Shown: one piece after another, positions 1 through 12,339 of the stretch
Numbering within the stretch: the first letter of the stretch is position 1
Layout: every line of letters begins with the position of its first letter
Source of the DNA: Eledone cirrhosa
Lineage: Eukaryota
Reading direction: 5' to 3'
NCBI GenBank assembly: GCA_964016885.1
Contig: OZ024740.1
Coordinates: 93,186,001-93,250,000, forward strand
Length of the DNA stretch: 64,000 nt
Position numbers and translations under genes: made by a program
Notes under the pieces: model-generated
Seen by the model: only the letters and a program-made list of their open reading frames with translations
Databases searched by the model: none
Told to the model about the DNA's origin: nothing

Positions 1-208
1 ACGTTCGAAAGTATATACTTTCCTTATGAAAATTAACGGCTGAGCAGCCTAATTTGCATATTGAGTGAGTTAAATCGGTCAGGCATACCGAAAACGATAA
101 GTTGAAAAAAATGAAAACGAAATTTCATTTCTCACTCTTAGTATGGCACTTACTTAAATGTAAGTATGTATACGTACATACATATATGTATACAGACGTA
201 CAGTAGCA

Positions 209-300
<92 letters not shown>

Positions 301-485
301 TATATACATATATATACACATATGCATACAGGTACACATACATATATGCACGCATCAGTTTAGCCGGCGTTTATTATAACGCCGGCCGCTTTGTTCGTTT
401 GTTTGTCAACAAAGCGAACAGCCTGAATTTATGCCATACGGTGTTAAGGCAACCACGTCACCTTTTTGTTCAACACTGACACAGG

Positions 486-530
486 AACGATGTACTAGTT
501 TCAAGCTTGTTAGCTATCATCAGCACCGTT
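486..530 (-). ncRNA. Minimal type I hammerhead ribozyme (array copy 1)
   Basis: Minus strand reads AACGGTG-CTGATGA-tAGCTaacaAGCTt-GAAA-CTAG-TA-CATCGTT: 7 bp stem I, 4 bp stem II, palindromic ACUAGU stem III, GUA cleavage site between 493 and 492. Confidence 0.9.
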
Positions 531-764
531 TACCCATCTGCCAGATAGTTGAACGTTCGAAAGTATATACTTTCCTTATGAAAATTAACGGCTGAGCAGC
601 CTAATTTGCATATTGAGTGAGTTAAATCGGTCAGGCATACCGAAAACGATAAGTTGAAAAAAATGAAAACGAAATTTCATTTCTCACTCTTAGTATGGCA
701 CTTACTTAAATGTAAGTATGTATGTATACGTACATACATATATGTATACAGACGTACAGTAGCA

Positions 765-852
<88 letters not shown>

Positions 853-1025
853 TATACACATATGCATACAGGTACACATACATATATGCACGCATCAGTT
901 TAGCCGGCGTTTATTATAACGCCGGCCGCTTTGTTCGTTTGTTTGTCAACAAAGCGAACAGCCTGAATTTATGCCATACGGTGTTAAGGCAACCACGTCA
1001 CCTTTTTGTTCAACACTGACACAGG

Positions 1026-1070
1026 AACGATGTACTAGTTTCAAGCTTGTTAGCTATCATCAGCACCGTT
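1026..1070 (-). ncRNA. Hammerhead ribozyme (array copy 2)
   Basis: Identical to 486-530. Confidence 0.9.
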
Positions 1071-1304
1071 TACCCATCTGCCAGATAGTTGAACGTTCGA
1101 AAGTATATACTTTCCTTATGAAAATTAACGGCTGAGCAGCCTAATTTGCATATTGAGTGAGTTAAATCGGTCAGGCATACCGAAAACGATAAGTTGAAAA
1201 AAATGAAAACGAAATTTCATTTCTCACTCTTAGTATGGCACTTACTTAAATGTAAGTATGTATGTATACGTACATACATATATGTATACAGACGTACAGT
1301 AGCA

Positions 1305-1386
<82 letters not shown>

Positions 1387-1559
1387 TATACACATATGCA
1401 TACAGGTACACATACATATATGCACGCATCAGTTTAGCCGGCGTTTATTATAACGCCGGCCGCTTTGTTCGTTTGTTTGTCAACAAAGCGAACAGCCTGA
1501 ATTTATGCCATACGGTGTTAAGGCAACCACGTCACCTTTTTGTTCAACACTAACACAGG

Positions 1560-1604
1560 AACGATGTACTAGTTTCAAGCTTGTTAGCTATCATCAGCAC
1601 CGTT
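1560..1604 (-). ncRNA. Hammerhead ribozyme (array copy 3)
   Basis: Identical to 486-530. Confidence 0.9.
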
Positions 1605-1838
1605 TACCCATCTGCCAGATAGTTGAAAGTTCGAAAGTATATACTTTCCTTATGAAAATTAACGGCTGAGCAGCCTAATTTGCATATTGAGTGAGTTAAA
1701 TCGGTCAGGCATACCGAAAACGATAAGTTGAAAAAAATGAAAACGAAATTTCATTTCTCACTCTTAGTATGGCACTTACTTAAAGGTAAGTATGTATGTA
1801 TACGTACATACATATATGTATACAGACGTACAGTAGCA

Positions 1839-1924
<86 letters not shown>

Positions 1925-2097
1925 TATACACATATGCATACAGGTACACATACATATATGCACGCATCAGTTTAGCCGGCGTTTATTATAACGCCGGCCG
2001 CTTTGTTCGTTTGTTTGTCAACAAAGCGAACAGCCTGAATTTATGCCATACGGTGTTAAGGCAACCACGTCACCTTTTTGTTCAACACTGACACAGG

Positions 2098-2142
2098 AAC
2101 GATGTACTAGTTTCAAGCTTGTTAGCTATCATCAGCACCGTT
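2098..2142 (-). ncRNA. Hammerhead ribozyme (array copy 4)
   Basis: Identical to 486-530. Confidence 0.9.
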
Positions 2143-2376
2143 TACCCATCTGCCAGATAGTTGAACGTTCGAAAGTATATACTTTCCTTATGAAAATTAA
2201 CGGCTGAGCAGCCTAATTTGCATATTGAGTGAGTTAAATCGGTCAGGCATACCGAAAACGATAAGTTGAAAAAAATGAAAACGAAATTTCATTTCTCACT
2301 CTTAGTATGGCACTTACTTAAATGTAAGTATGTATGTATACGTACATACATATATGTATACAGACGTACAGTAGCA

Positions 2377-2478
<102 letters not shown>

Positions 2479-2651
2479 TATACACATATGCATACAGGTA
2501 CACATACATATATGCACGCATCAGTTTAGCCGGCGTTTATTATAACGCCGGCCGCTTTGTTCGTTTGTTTGTCAACAAAGCGAACAGCCTGAATTTATGC
2601 CATACGGTGTTAAGGCAACCACGTCACCTTTTTGTTCAACACTAACACAGG

Positions 2652-2696
2652 AACGATGTACTAGTTTCAAGCTTGTTAGCTATCATCAGCACCGTT
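2652..2696 (-). ncRNA. Hammerhead ribozyme (array copy 5)
   Basis: Identical to 486-530. Confidence 0.9.
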
Positions 2697-2930
2697 TACC
2701 CATCTGCCAGATAGTTGAAAGTTCGAAAGTATATACTTTCCTTATGAAAATTAACGGCTGAGCAGCCTAATTTGCATATTGAGTGAGTTAAATCGGTCAG
2801 GCATACCGAAAACGATAAGTTGAAAAAAATGAAAACGAAATTTCATTTCTCACTCTTAGTATGGCACTTACTTAAAGGTAAGTATGTATGTATACGTACA
2901 TACATATATGTATACAGACGTACAGTAGCA

Positions 2931-3020
<90 letters not shown>

Positions 3021-3193
3021 TATACACATATGGATACAGGTACACATATATATATGCACGCATCAGTTTAGCCGGCGTTTATTATAACGCCGGCCGCTTT
3101 GTTCGTTTGTTTGTCAACAAAGCGAACAGCCTGAATTTATGCCATACGGTGTTAAGGCAACCACGTCACCTTTTTGTTCAACACTAACACAGG

Positions 3194-3238
3194 AACGATG
3201 TACTAGTTTCAAGCTTGTTAGCTATCATCAGCACCGTT
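3194..3238 (-). ncRNA. Hammerhead ribozyme (array copy 6)
   Basis: Identical to 486-530. Confidence 0.9.
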
Positions 3239-3472
3239 TACCCATCTGCCAGATAGTTGAACGTTCGAAAGTATATACTTTCCTTATGAAAATTAACGGC
3301 TGAGCAGCCTAATTTGCATATTGAGTGAGTTAAATCGGTCAGGCATACCGAAAACGATAAGTTGAAAAAAATGAAAACGAAATTTCATTTCTCACTCTTA
3401 GTATGGCACTTACTTAAATGTAAGTATGTATGTATACGTACATACATATATGTATACAGACGTACAGTAGCA

Positions 3473-3603
<131 letters not shown>

Positions 3604-3765
3604 GCATACAGGTACACATACATATATGCACGCATCAGTTTAGCCGGCGTTTATTATAACGCCGGCCGCTTTGTTCGTTTGTTTGTCAACAAAGCGAACA
3701 GCCTGAATTTATGCCATACGGTGTTAAGGCAACCACGTCACCTTTTTGTTCAACACTGACACAGG

Positions 3766-3810
3766 AACGATGTACTAGTTTCAAGCTTGTTAGCTATCAT
3801 CAGCACCGTT
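3766..3810 (-). ncRNA. Hammerhead ribozyme (array copy 7)
   Basis: Identical to 486-530. Confidence 0.9.
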
Positions 3811-4044
3811 TACCCATCTGCCAGATAGTTGAACGTTCGAAAGTATATACTTTCCTTATGAAAATTAACGGCTGAGCAGCCTAATTTGCATATTGAGTGA
3901 GTTAAATCGGTCAGGCATACCGAAAACGATAAGTTGAAAAAAATGAAAACGAAATTTCATTTCTCACTCTTAGTATGGCACTTACTTAAGTGTAAGTATG
4001 TATGTATACGTACATACATATATGTATACAGACGTACAGTAGCA

Positions 4045-4113
<69 letters not shown>

Positions 4114-4300
4114 TATATATACATATATATACACATATGCATACAGGTACACATACATATATGCACGCATCAGTTTAGCCGGCGTTTATTATAACGCCGG
4201 CCGCTTTGTTCGTTTGTTTGTCAACAAAGCGAACAGCCTGAATTTATGCCATACGGTGTTAAGGCAACCACGTCACCTTTTTGTTCAACACTGACACAGG

Positions 4301-4345
4301 AACGATGTACTAGTTTCGAGCTTGTTAGCTATCATCAGCACCGTT
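4301..4345 (-). ncRNA. Hammerhead ribozyme (array copy 8)
   Basis: As 486-530 with one substitution just before GAAA (AGCTc-GAAA). Confidence 0.88.
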
Positions 4346-4579
4346 TACCCATCTGCCAGATAGTTAAACGTTCTAAAGTATATACTTTCCTTATGAAAAT
4401 TAACGGCTGAGCAGCCTAATTTGCATATTGAGTGAGTTAAATCGGTCAGGCATACCGAAAGCGATAAGTTGAAAAAAATGAAAACGAAATTTCATTTCGC
4501 ACTCTTAGTATGGCACTTACTTAAGTGTAAGTATGTATGTATACGTACATACATATATGTATACAGACGTACAGTAGCA

Positions 4580-4651
<72 letters not shown>

Positions 4652-4824
4652 TATACACATATGCATACAGGTACACATACATATATGCACGCATCAGTTT
4701 AGCCGGCGTTTATTATAACGCCGGCCGCTTTGTTCGTTTGTTTGTCAACAAAGCGAACAGCCTGAATTTATGCCATACGGTTTTAAGGCAACCACGTCAC
4801 CTTTTTGTTCAACACTGACACAGG

Positions 4825-4869
4825 AACGATGTACTAGTTTCAAGCTTGTTAGCTATCATCAGCACCGTT
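4825..4869 (-). ncRNA. Hammerhead ribozyme (array copy 9)
   Basis: Identical to 486-530. Confidence 0.9.
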
Positions 4870-5103
4870 TACCCATCTGCCAGATAGTTGAACGTTCGAA
4901 AGTATATACTTTCCTTATGAAAATTAACGGCTGAGCAGCCTAATTTGCATGTTGAGTGAGTTAAATCGGTCAGGCATACCGAAAACGATAAGTTGAAAAA
5001 AATGAAAACGAAATTTCATTTCTCACTCTTAGTATGGCACTTACTTAAATGTAAGTATGTATGTATACGTACATACATATATGTATACAGACGTACAGTA
5101 GCA

Positions 5104-5205
<102 letters not shown>

Positions 5206-5378
5206 TATACACATATGCATACAGGTACACATACATATATGCACGCATCAGTTTAGCCGGCGTATATTATAACGCCGGCCGCTTTGTTCGTTTGTTTGTC
5301 AACAAAGCGAACAGCCTGAATGTATGCCATACGGTGTTAAGGCAACCACGTCACCTTTTTGTTCAACACTGACACAGG

Positions 5379-5423
5379 AACGATGTACTAGTTTCAAGCT
5401 TGTTAGCTATCATCAGCACCGTT
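5379..5423 (-). ncRNA. Hammerhead ribozyme (array copy 10)
   Basis: Identical to 486-530. Confidence 0.9.
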
Positions 5424-5657
5424 TACCCATCTGCCAGATAGTTGAACGTTCGAAAGTATATACTTTCCTTATGAAAATTAACGGCTGAGCAGCCTAATGT
5501 GCATATTGAGTGAGTAAAATCGGTCAGGCATACCGAAAACGATAAGTTGAAAAAAATGAAAACGAAATTTCATTTCTCACTCTTAGTATGGCACTTACTT
5601 AAATGTAAGTATGCATGTATACGTACATACATATATGTATACAGACGTACAGTAGCA

Positions 5658-5745
<88 letters not shown>

Positions 5746-5918
5746 TATACACATATGCATACAGGTACACATACATATGTGCACGCATCAGTTTAGCCGG
5801 CGTTTATTATAACGCCGGCCGCTTTGTTCGTTTGTTTGTCAACAAAGCGAACAGCCTGAATTTATGCCATACGGTGTTAAGGCAACCACGTCACCTTTTT
5901 GTTCAACACTGACACAGG

Positions 5919-5963
5919 AACGATGTACTTGTTTCAAGCTTGTTAGCTATCATCAGCACCGTT
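5919..5963 (-). ncRNA. Hammerhead ribozyme (array copy 11, stem III palindrome mutated)
   Basis: GAAACAAGTA instead of GAAACTAGTA. Overlaps the stop codon of the PLE ORF. Confidence 0.8.
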
Positions 5964-6192
5964 TACCCTTATTTATGCTATTATCGCTAGGTTTTAAGTT
6001 CCTGTTATTTATTCTATTAATATTTTGCGCTAAATTGTTGGTGGATGAGTAGGTTAGTTTTATAGTATGTCTATTGAAAATTGCGTGATACCTATGTGTT
6101 CTAGGGAAGCGATTATCGAGAGCTTTAAAAAATAGTTTATCAATGTAGGTTTTAATGTTTAGTGAGAAAGGGGGGGGGGGGGGGCAAACCAT
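5953..6192 (-). CDS. C-terminal continuation of the PLE RT ORF after a frameshift in a poly-C run; GIY-YIG endonuclease absent
   Basis: [43 protein letters not shown] matches the PLE post-RT region also seen at 15.4 kb and 62.6 kb. Ends at the TGA of the HHR core. Confidence 0.85.
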   Translation of the reverse strand: MVCPPPPPFSLNIKTYIDKLFFKALDNRFPRTHRYHAIFNRHTIKLTYSSTNNLAQNINRINNRNLKPSDNSINKGKRC

Positions 6193-7166
6193 ATTATATT
6201 CCTAGTTCTAATTCTTTTATGGCTTTTGGAATTATTGTAATGCTTTCTATTATAGTTGTTAAGGTTGTGGCCATAATTAAAATAGTTGTTATTTTGTTTA
6301 ATTTGTTTATCATTATCTATGTACATAATTTTATCACTATATCCTGCTCTAGCTAACGCTTCATTGTAATAATGGGCTTTTTCGTCGAAAATCTTTTTAT
6401 TAGATGAGATTCTAGTGATACGTGATTGAACAGAGTTTACTACAGTATTTTTAACAGATTTGGGGTGGTTAGAGTTAAAGCTGACATAGTTTAAGTTTTC
6501 ATTCAACTTGTGAAATGGATAGTGAAGACATGTGTTGAGATTTAATGTTATATCTAGGAAGTTGACTATTCTATGGCTATTCTCAATTTCTATTTTTAGA
6601 TTAAAATGATTAAAACATTGTGTAATTTGTTTTCTTTTTCTATTTAGTTCAGAGTTATTATTATCAATAAGTAAAAGCATGTCATCTCTATATAAACCTC
6701 CGGTAGTACCAGGTATTTTCCTATGCAGCGAATTGATTAAAAATAAGCCCACAAGGTCAGTTACCTGAGCTGAGTCGGATGATCCCATAGTAATGTCAAA
6801 ATTGTTATCTCTATCTGCTCGTGTCCATAGTTGGTCATTAAATTCTATCAATGTTTTCCTAGCCGATAATATAATGTGCATATCATTGCTAGTTATGTCT
6901 GTATGTTTGAATGCGTAATTTAGTGCCTTATTTAGTAGATTAGGGGTAATGGAAGAATAATAGTTATCAATATCAAGTTGAATAAACTTATTATTATTGT
7001 TATATTTAATTTGCTTAAACAACTCAACAACCTCACCAGTTCCCTTCCACAAGCTCAGGTTAGGTAAACAACTCAAGTTTTTAATTTGCTGTATCACCCT
7101 GTCAAGAAAGTTTTTGCTTAGTTTACCCAGGTCCGATTTTGATGGTGCAATCAATCTGACTGGCAA
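6159..7166 (-). CDS. Penelope-like element reverse transcriptase (Naiad-like), 5'-truncated
   Basis: 335 aa open frame with RT motifs [64 protein letters not shown] and IIWFAPP. Truncated upstream by (TA)n at ~7190. Confidence 0.93.
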   Translation of the reverse strand: MPVRLIAPSKSDLGKLSKNFLDRVIQQIKNLSCLPNLSLWKGTGEVVELFKQIKYNNNNKFIQLDIDNYYSSITPNLLNKALNYAFKHTDITSNDMHIILSARKTLIEFNDQLWTRADRDNNFDITMGSSDSAQVTDLVGLFLINSLHRKIPGTTGGLYRDDMLLLIDNNNSELNRKRKQITQCFNHFNLKIEIENSHRIVNFLDITLNLNTCLHYPFHKLNENLNYVSFNSNHPKSVKNTVVNSVQSRITRISSNKKIFDEKAHYYNEALARAGYSDKIMYIDNDKQIKQNNNYFNYGHNLNNYNRKHYNNSKSHKRIRTRNIIWFAPPPPLSH

Positions 7167-7193
7167 GTCATTCTCGAAATTTCTCTATGTGTG

Positions 7194-7294
<101 letters not shown>

Positions 7295-7398
7295 AAGGTA
7301 ATCTGAGTTTTTCGAATATTAATAATAACATTCGATTTGTTTGCAAACAAATTTACCTTATTATTCCACAATGCATCAGGCAAAATTCAATACTCTCT

Positions 7399-7435
<37 letters not shown>

Positions 7436-7557
7436 TGATTAGTTAAGCAAAACAAGACCACCAATTTAACAAGGAAGACAATATTAAAATATTGTCAACT
7501 TATTTTAGTTTGAACTAAATAATGTAGAGCATAATAATAATAATATTAATAATAATT

Positions 7558-7735
7558 GTTTCTACTTTAGGCACAAGGCCAGCAATTACCCAGTGCATTA
7601 CTGGTACTATATTTTATCGACCACGTAAGGATGAAATGCAAAGTCAACCTCGGCGGGATTTGAACTCAGATCGTAAAGGGATGTAACTATGCTGGAAAGC
7701 ATGGCGTCCGAGCCTCTACCGATACTGCAAATCCA
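7558..7735 (-). mobile_element. tRNA-derived SINE (octopus-type)
   Basis: Reverse-complement copy of 7978-8160. Confidence 0.8.
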
Positions 7736-7977
7736 ATAATATTAATAATAATAATGTCCGTTTACATAGTGAAATAACAATATATGGAACATTACATTAT
7801 GTAACAGTCTCTCATTATCTTAATTTATATTCCTTTGAAGCTCCGGTGCTCTGTTTTTAAATATGTTAATTATTTTCAACTGAACCAGATCAATAATAAT
7901 ATATAGTCATTTGATCCAGAAATATTATATGCAGTAGCGAAACAATTGTAAACGGACATTATTATTATTAATAGGAA

Positions 7978-8160
7978 GGGCGGTGGATTGGCAGTATCAG
8001 TAGAGGGTCGTGGCCATGCTTTCCAGCATAGTTACGTCTCTTTACGATCTGAGTTCAAATCCCGCCGAGGTTGACTTTGCCTTTCATCCTTACAGGGTCG
8101 ATAAAATAAAATACCAGTAATGCACTGGTTAATTGCTGGCCGTGTGCCTAAAGTAGAAAC
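7978..8160 (+). mobile_element. tRNA-derived SINE (octopus-type)
   Basis: A-box-like TGGCAGTATCAG, B-box GAGTTCAAATCCC (8051-8063), central GCCTTTCATCCTT..GGGTCGATAAA domain, (ATT)n tail. Confidence 0.82.
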
Positions 8161-8450
8161 AATTATTATTATTAATATTATTATTGTTATTATTCTCTAC
8201 ATTCCTTACATCAAACTAAAATATGTTGACAATCTTTTAATAACGTCTTCCTTGTGAAATGTGTGTTCTTGTTTTGCTTAACTCATGAATATTTCCAGCT
8301 CTGCGTGCCAAACTTCTGCATGAACCCAGCCACCTATCTGCTTTCTACTGCATGTTGCACATTGAGTGCATGCCTTTACGCTTTGGCTTCTAACTTATTC
8401 ACCAATCTCTCCTATCTCCATCTCTCTCTTTAAGATTGGCTACTCTTGAA

Positions 8451-8512
<62 letters not shown>

Positions 8513-11500
8513 GTTAAAACAGAAAACAAACAATAACGAAGAGCGCTGTACAAAGTGTTAGTATTGGGTTCAAGCTTGAGAGTGTGTGGTGTGTGTGGGG
8601 GGGGATACGGCGGCGAGAGAGAGAGAGAGAGACGGAGAGAGAGAGATATATAGAGAGAGGGGTGTATGTGTGTCAGTGTATCATTCATGCCTGAGGTCTG
8701 GAAATTCTCAGAGTTTCATTTCATGCTAACTATAGGAATGTGAATGGGGTCTTCCTTTTTAGAAATGCAATGACGATAAATTACAATATTAATATTACAG
8801 AAAATATTGAATGATCAATTCCTTGTGAGCACTCCTACGAAGAGTTTGTTTTAATTCAGCATAAGCTTCTACTCGGAATGAATGAATGACTTTTATATGT
8901 TTATTCGCACCAGAAAAATATCATTAAAGTGTAAATTGTAGAATTTAAAGGCATCTTTGTAAGTCTTTCTTTTTAGACTAGATCTGCCAAAGCAAAATTC
9001 TTTTTAGATAATGATTGTATTATGTTTAGTGTAGTAAGGCCTTAAACAAATAAACAATGATTTTAATAGCTGGATAATATCGTAATAAAATGATTTCCTT
9101 TAAAATAAATTTTCTCAGCATCTTTTACAATATTATCATATATATCAAATATATTATTATATAATCATATGAGAATATGATACAATTGCCGACGTGAAAA
9201 ATAATATTAATTAAATTCTATTAAAATGTTAACGTTCCAAAAAGAAAGGAAGGCTGAGAAACTCTGAATGTTCTATTTGTGAATTTTGTATATGTTTTAA
9301 CCTGTCTTTAACAATAAACTATTTTGAAAATGTGATGATTTTTTTTCTATTTTTCTCAAACATACACGGATGATTAAAGACATACACACGCACTCATACA
9401 TTGATATATGTGGGTGTGTATGAGTCTGTGGGTGCGTTTGCAAGTGTATTATTGACAGACGTGAGGAAAGGTACTCAACCCTGGATTACAATGCATATAT
9501 TCTGTACACGGCTAATGGTTGAGCCTTCTTACTCGGTTGTTTCACCTGCCTATTCTCAGAATCACCAACATCATATATTTTCAAATATTCTATTGTTGAA
9601 GGCACGAGGAAGATATAATGTTGGCTGATAATCCTGTGAGTGCGCAGGGGAATTTGCAAAGTAACAGTCATCATCACGAGACTATTAAATGCACATACGA
9701 AATTTGTCCGAATGAAAGAGTAATGGTGTTTTCTCTAAATTTATATTAGACTTACATGAAATTATATGGTATCTCCTTTAAAATACCATCCTCATTTAAT
9801 TAGACAGTGTCTCAATATGTTTTTAACCGTACGTAGCTGCAACGGAAGACATTTTCTGCGAGTGACCTTAGATCGCTGCTTCCAATTGTTCGTATATTGT
9901 CCAAAGTCCACAAAGGATGATTCTTCACCTTCAATTTCAACGTAGGGAAGAGGTAGAATTCATGGATCCAGTTCTGAAGTGTAGTGTATATGTGAAAGAG
10001 AGGGATTGTTTGTCGTTGCCAGAATTTCTCTAATTAAAAGTGCTGAATGAATAGGCATGTTATCGTTCTACAGTAACCTATCTCCTGGAATGTTGTTTCC
10101 GATTCACAGGAGCGGTTTTCTAAGTCGTTCTCAGACTCTGTAGATGATGGAAGTAAACATTATTTGTGAATAATGCGACAGCTGTAGATAAAATGATAAT
10201 TTTCCTTTAGATCTACAAGCGGGTTCTTCCTCCCGGCATTTTCATCCAAGGACGTTTCTTCTGCAATTATCCTATCACTTAATCGTCTAACTTTCGACAT
10301 GTCCACTTGTACGGCATCCAAAGTCTATGCATTTTTGAACCGAGTAGCTTTCCACAACGACATTCAATGCAACATTATCTTAGCCTTCTTTCAAATAATT
10401 GAATCATGTAACAATTTACCTTTTCCATCGATTTGGGTACGGGGTGGCGTTACAAGGCATCCCCGAACCAAATCTATTTTATTTTCCGTTTCTATCGGCG
10501 ATAATCTTTGTAGATTATATAATTAATTCTACAATCAACAACTGAGGAAATCACCTAAGTCTTGCGTCATGACCGGATGATCAAGCAAGATCCTGGAAAT
10601 ATGTATAGTATTTTCCCGTAGTTAATATTTTAAGTCCAGCCCTGTTTTCTGATGCTTTTAATGAATGTTTAACACCATTCCTGCACCAGCTATGGGATAC
10701 CACATGAACGATGAATGATTTTTATGCAATCAAGGGCTTTGATGTATTGCATCATCGCTCACTAACAGGAAAAACCTAGTTCTACCCTTTGGAAAACAAC
10801 ATAAATGTTATATATATATATGTATAAATAGGCGTCTACATGTGTTTTGTTTGTAGGTGTGCTTCGCAATGTGCATCTTACATTTGGAATAAAACACTCC
10901 TTTGTTTAAGTTCGTAATTCATTAGGTATTTTGTATTGGATAATATTTGAATTGAAAGGGAACCTATATTTGTTGTCAAATTGGCATACTTTATGTTTTT
11001 GTGTTATTCTCTAATTAAGTTTGAATAGATGTAGCAATTACTAAAATTAGTTAAATGAATGTATGCATTTAATACAAAAGTTGGGGAATATTTCTGATGC
11101 GATCATTATAGATTTGTTGAAACTATATGCTTATGCGTAGGCATAATAGTATTCCCACTACTGGGGTATCACTTTGCAGACATCCTGATAGTGAGGGTAT
11201 GGATGAAGATATCCAAAGCGGATAGATGAAAACTATGCAATTTATAATTATTTATAAAGCTAAATAATAAATATATATCAAGAAACTTATTTATTGCTAG
11301 GTAAATTCTGATACGACAGGCTGTTCAAGTGCTACACAATATCATCTAACGGAACGCAGGCTACTAAGTGTGTTAGGGGTCCGGAAAAATATTCGAAATA
11401 AAGTTACAACACATTTTTGTTGGGAATACTGATGAAATCTTTTGAAAATATTGCATTTTTTTTTTCTGTTGCACAACATTAGATTAATTCATATTGAGAT

Positions 11501-12339
11501 AGTCGCCAAGATAGAAATGAAATACTACATCGTTTCTGATACTTAACCAAAACTATACCAGATATCATTATTTTGGTGAGTGTATGTACAAGGCTTGAGG
11601 ATTAGATTCTTACCTGCACCGGTTCTAATATATTAAAAGATAACAGAAATTTTAATAAATATAAGGAATTAGACTGACATAATTGTTTAGTAAGTAATAA
11701 AATAATATTCAGGTATTTGAATTTTTTCCTGATTTGTAATAATTCTAATATTAAAGCTCTACCAGGTGTATTTACTCATCATCTATCTGGGATAGACTGT
11801 GTGGTCGATTTAGTCAATTTTGCCTTTCCTCAACATTCACTTGTCTTCAGCCTAAAGTAGAAGTCTCTATTACCATATATATATACAATGAATAAGTGAA
11901 ATATGTTCGACTTACACTATTCTATATTGCCTCTTTATAGTTTTTACCACATGTATTTAAAAAATGTAATTGTTAATTTTAATTGAATATTATTGATCAT
12001 CTAACTTTCTAGTTAAAACTTAGGAATGGCTTTGCAATTCAGTAAATTAACAGATGTCTGCCACTGATGTTTCTGAAGATTGCATCACAGGTTTTAAATG
12101 TATTTCTGGAAAATAGAAACACCCTAAAACATATCCCCGGATACTGACCTTAATTCTGTATCATCTTCTGTCGTCGTTTGTACAATTACAGTAAATGTTC
12201 CATTGACAAAAGTCGCCATCCTTTACATATAACTGTATGTGAATTGGTATTTTCCCTATAGTGAAATTCGGCCGAATAGTGTGGATGTGATTACATGGGG
12301 TTGCTAGGTTCAGCAACAACGCACACAACCCCGTTGGCT

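Noticed and set aside
8040-8070. tRNA gene suggested by the B-box
   Set aside because: No cloverleaf; it is the head of a SINE present in three copies.
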